NCBI GenBank assembly: GCA_964016885.1
Contig: OZ024747.1
Coordinates: 54,250,001 to 54,314,000, forward strand
DNA from: Eledone cirrhosa
Lineage: Eukaryota
Length of the DNA stretch: 64,000 nucleotides
Direction of reading: 5' to 3'
The notes below the pieces were generated by a model. The model did not search any database. It saw only the letters and a program-made list of their open reading frames with translations, and had not been told where the DNA came from. Position 1 is the first letter of the stretch. The number at the start of each line of letters is the position of its first letter. Below, in pieces: positions 59,155-64,000 of the stretch. Position numbers and translations under genes: made by a program.

Positions 59155-61041
59155 AGTGAAATTAATGATTGATATATCGGTGGGGACCCGAAATACCTGT
59201 AAGATGAATACGTTGGCATAGATTAATACTGCCCAGTTCATGCCAGCTCCACCAAGCAACTTCTTTTTTCTCCTATCGTTAGCGATATTACGTCACCACC
59301 CAACTATTTACTAGCTAACATTTCCAGCCTTTTTGGATCCCAATGTCTGCTATCAGGAACTCTCTCTGTCTCACCCCTAAATAGACAGATTCACACACAC
59401 ATACACACATTCACACACTCTAACTCTCTCTCTCCCACCCCCCTCTCTCTCTCTCTAATTATTTGTTTCTAATATGAGTGAACGTTTCCCAGTTTATTGG
59501 ACCTGTTAATCTCATCAATCTCTCTGGATTTCAGAGGATCTCTGAATGATATATTCACTGACTCTTCTCTCCAGCTCTACTAAATAAATAATTGTTTCTA
59601 CTTTGGGCACAAGGCCAGCAGGATCAGCATGAATAAGCCGAGACACAAATCCTAATTTTAATGTTCTTCAACATAGTTCATGTTATTAAAACCTTTCCTC
59701 TATCGAACATCATATAACGGAAAGAGAATACAAAAAAGAAATATATCAAAACTTCAAGGCCCAATAGGAATGCAAATATATCTTTACGAAATCTCAAACC
59801 AGAGTTTGATTTAATTACTGCATTCAACAACATGATGAACATGATCAATTCAGTGAATTTTGATAGAGGAAGAAATAGTCCCACATAAGCACAACGGAAA
59901 CCACCCATCAGCACAGCGAAACAATATCGTCTTGCGTCTCCATTCATACAAACTTTTATAATGTGTAAATTACATCTGAAATATATATCACAGTAACCAA
60001 ATATGAAGCCAAGTTTTCAAACATAGGCAATGAAAATATTTTTCATTTCATTATTCCCGTTGTTAATACTATCTCTCAATAGCAACTATCATGTACTGAA
60101 TCAGAAAAAAATGTTTAACGTGCAGAAACTAGCAGCCTAGGCACCATCAAATCATACCACTAATATCTTATGGTAACAGGGGTAACAATGTTCTTCCCTA
60201 GATACATTTTCTAGATAAAAGGCCTGACGGCTTTGGTTAGCTCAAATAATTTTGAATAAATTGTTGTCCAGTCCTGGCGGCTGGACTGGGAACTAAAGGA
60301 CACAAACAATACATATTTATAATCATTAGAATATGAATACAGAACATATATAACAGGACATAACTAAGAAGTTTACACTAGATATATTCAGGCAAGGGAG
60401 GTAAATGAATACAATCACACATAACAGTAAAAACAACAATGACAACAAGAACAAAAGCCAATTTTAGTTTATATACAAACATCCTGAAACCTAGTGACAA
60501 TAGACATGTTCGGGAAAGCCAAATGCTAAAACGGACATTTCTGAGTCATGCATGAGCACTAACATATTATACGCATTGACCTGAGATAATATGTAAAAGT
60601 GACAATTAGCCAGAAGCCATATTTTCTTTCTTCTTTTACCCCTATATGAGAGAAAACCTCTCCCGCCCTTACGAATTAGGCAATGGGTGAAATATACTTG
60701 ATAGAGGATTTTAAGAAGTAAAACAAAAACCAATAACAATAAGAATAATCAGACAAACCCTAATGACACAAACAGCAAGAACAACGACAATATAAACAAT
60801 AAGAAAAAGTAAGAGTAAGATCTTGCACGAATCATCATAAGAGGTAGTCATGCGTGACATATTAAAATTCCGAATTCTTCTGACGACAAACTTGATTCTC
60901 ATTTATTTATGTGGATTGCTTAGATGTCCCACTCGATCTCTACTCTCCCTATGTCTTTAATCTTCCCTTTCTCTTTAACTTTATTTTGTCACTCTCTATT
61001 TCTCTCTCCCTCATTCTTTCTTTCGTTCATTACTTCCCATC

Positions 61042-61117
<76 letters not shown>

Positions 61118-61141
61118 ATTTGTATATATAGATATATACAA

Positions 61142-61293
<152 letters not shown>

Positions 61294-61643
61294 ACATATG
61301 TATATATATATATAGATAGATATACATATATATATATATGTGTGTGTGTGTATGTATATATATAATACTTACATATCCCTAGTCCTTTTCAGCAAAGGAG
61401 GAAATATTATAAATTATATGAAACTTATAGATATCCACTTCCATCACAGATTGACAATAATAAATACTGCCCACATCACGTGCGCACATACTTGTAGACA
61501 TATATACAGACATGCACCCATTCCACATGCATACACACATGTATATGAATATATATATATATTTATATCAATATATATATATATATACTTATATATATGT
61601 ATATATATATATATATATAAATATATGTATATATATATATATG

Positions 61644-61687
<44 letters not shown>

Positions 61688-61761
61688 TATGTATATATAT
61701 ATATATATGTATATATATTTATATATATACATATGTATGTATATATATATATATATATATG

Positions 61762-61879
<118 letters not shown>

Positions 61880-61895
61880 TAAATAAATATATGTA

Positions 61896-61928
<33 letters not shown>

Positions 61929-62929
61929 GCATATATAGATCTATTGCTCGTCTCTCCCACACTGACATATGAATTTGTTCAGTTCTACCATGTCTCTTTT
62001 TTGCAGAATAAATCCAACTTTCCCATTTGTCTTTGCTTCATTTAAGGTTGAAAAGTTCAAGTTTAAGGTCGCTTCTTTCTAATCTTAATTCTATATACTC
62101 CGTTTCAATTCTACCAAACCAGAAGACATGTTCTTTTGATTCGTCAAATAAAAAAAATTAACACACTCTCCGAACCCTAACAACACCAGAAAGAACAATG
62201 ATGAAGGTTCCTCAGTTGGTATTGACGACGAAAATCCGGTAGTAATGATAAGGTTTGTGGCAAATTAATAGAATATATAAAAGATATAAAGAAAATAAAT
62301 AAATGAATATTTGTCAATGAGAGAACAGACTCCGACGTGTTGAACGCGGGTTATATGTCGTTTTACGCCCCCAGTGGACAGAAATAATTTCCCCGGATCA
62401 TAGCAATGAAATCGATTGAAATTATCATTTCAATTCGCTGGGTTCACTCCTGTGTATGCCTAACTCAGTCTCAATAGCTGTGAGTAAGCAGGGATTTCGG
62501 AGACCTACATCATCAGGAGTTTTCAGCGTTACAGATACATGGACATCTCACTGGAAAACGGCTGATGAATAAACAGCTTATCTTCAGCTTGTAGGCAACT
62601 GTATCTGCGACTATTGCCGAATATACCAGGTAGCCGGTGGGTAAAATGTCACTGTATGTCTCGTTCTAGATGAGGAGCTAATCAGTATAGAACAGCTCGA
62701 GCTGAGATGGAAAGCCAGCAATATTCAAGTCGAGATTCATGATCTCAGTTAACTATGAGTCCCACACGTCATTCCACCATCAATAACAACACCAGCAAGA
62801 TTAACGACGATGGAACCTCCTACTATTTCGAAGAATTGCATTCGGTTGTTTGATCGACTGAATATTTAACATCTTATTTAATGTGTATATGGTTGGGTAA
62901 TCCATTAACATGTGTACTCTCAACGTAAA

Positions 62930-63470
62930 TCCCAAGCCGAGTGAGTGTGACATAATATTTGACAATACTATAATTTATCACCAATGTTGATGTCCTTGAA
63001 AGGGTGGAGGTCACCAGCATCGAGGTCATGCTGCTGAATACGCAGCACGCTGGGAAGGGTACGTTTCCAGGAGGAAGGATCATCGCGTGTCCAGGATCAG
63101 GCTATACGGGGAAATCTCCAATACCCTCGCGACAATGGGGCACGGAGGAAGCGATACGTGTCTGTTTGAAAAGATCCTTTCGTGCCTGTCACATCGACCA
63201 TCATTAGCTGAGCACCGTGACGCCTGCCATTTTACAATTCAACCATACTCTCCCCGACTCCGAAAACTCCCGCAGTGCCACACGCGAGGACAAAAGGCAC
63301 AAGAGAAATAGGCATAACACCAAGTCATCAAATCTTGACAAAAACTTCAGCTACAACCCCAGCAAACATACCTGCCTTTCCCACATTCGCCTGGACAGAC
63401 ACAAACTTGACTGCAGTTAACGTGGACAACACTCTCCTTCATTTTCCTTCGCCAAACCAAGCCATGGGGA
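62930..63470 (+). mobile_element. RTE/BovB-like LINE 3' fragment, possibly extending upstream to about 62330
   Basis: TNVDVLERVEVTSIEVMLL, LKRSFRACHIDH, EDKR, and the CLSHIRLDRHKLDC zinc-finger remnant. Confidence 0.7.
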
Positions 63471-63502
63471 TGATAACATTTAATATATATATATATATAT
63501 AT

Positions 63503-63714
63503 AACGAAGGAAATGTGGTAAGGAACCAGGTGGACCATAACGCACCAAAGTACTCAATACTTGAGGTAGTAGAGTGGGTAATAGGAACCAGTAAGACCCC
63601 GACAGCTGAGCTCAAGCCGTTTCGACGGCTAATTCTGGACGTCCAGAATTAGCCGTCCAGAATTAGCCGTCGAAACGGCTTGAGCTCAGCTGTCGGGATC
63701 TTACTGGTTCCTAT
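63503..63714. mobile_element. Family D element: D1 plus a D2 foldback
   Basis: 63581-63714 is an inverted repeat with a 14-bp duplication at its centre. TA-flanked. Confidence 0.8.
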
Positions 63715-63819
63715 ATATATATATATATATATATACAATTTATGTAGCCAATAAAGTCGATGACAATACATAGGTACATACACACTAATGCACTAACACA
63801 TACACACTCATATATTAAG

Positions 63820-63859
<40 letters not shown>

Positions 63860-64000
63860 AATGTCATATTCTCTATCTTGGCTGTAATATACAGCGATTG
63901 TGATTCCGGAGCTATATGCATCGAATACAAAAACTGCATTTTAGCCGTCGCTGTGGTTGAACAACGTGTCAAAGATCACAATTCAGGTTGTCGTAGACGT

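Overview
AT-rich animal (eukaryotic) intergenic or intronic DNA with no recognisable host protein-coding exon. Almost every entry in the ORF track is a microsatellite artefact. The SINE family and the extreme (TA)n/(CA)n content suggest an octopod cephalopod (inference). The window is a mosaic of: (i) decayed Penelope-like retroelements (RT plus C-terminal GIY-YIG with CxCx5C and CxxC motifs, resembling the Hydra group); (ii) about 19 minimal type I hammerhead ribozyme (HHR) motifs, about 10 of them with intact cores, in several unrelated short elements that nearly always sit in (TA)n tracts and often form foldbacks; (iii) a recurrent family that carries only the 3' half of a hammerhead; (iv) about 15 copies of a tRNA-derived SINE and a second, CORE-like SINE; (v) Tx1/L1 and RTE LINE 3' fragments; (vi) mariner-type and other MITEs, plus perfect palindromes up to 404 bp. 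The most notable signal is the dense community of (TA)n-targeting, ribozyme-bearing, pLTR/retrozyme-like elements. All coordinates and folds were read by eye.
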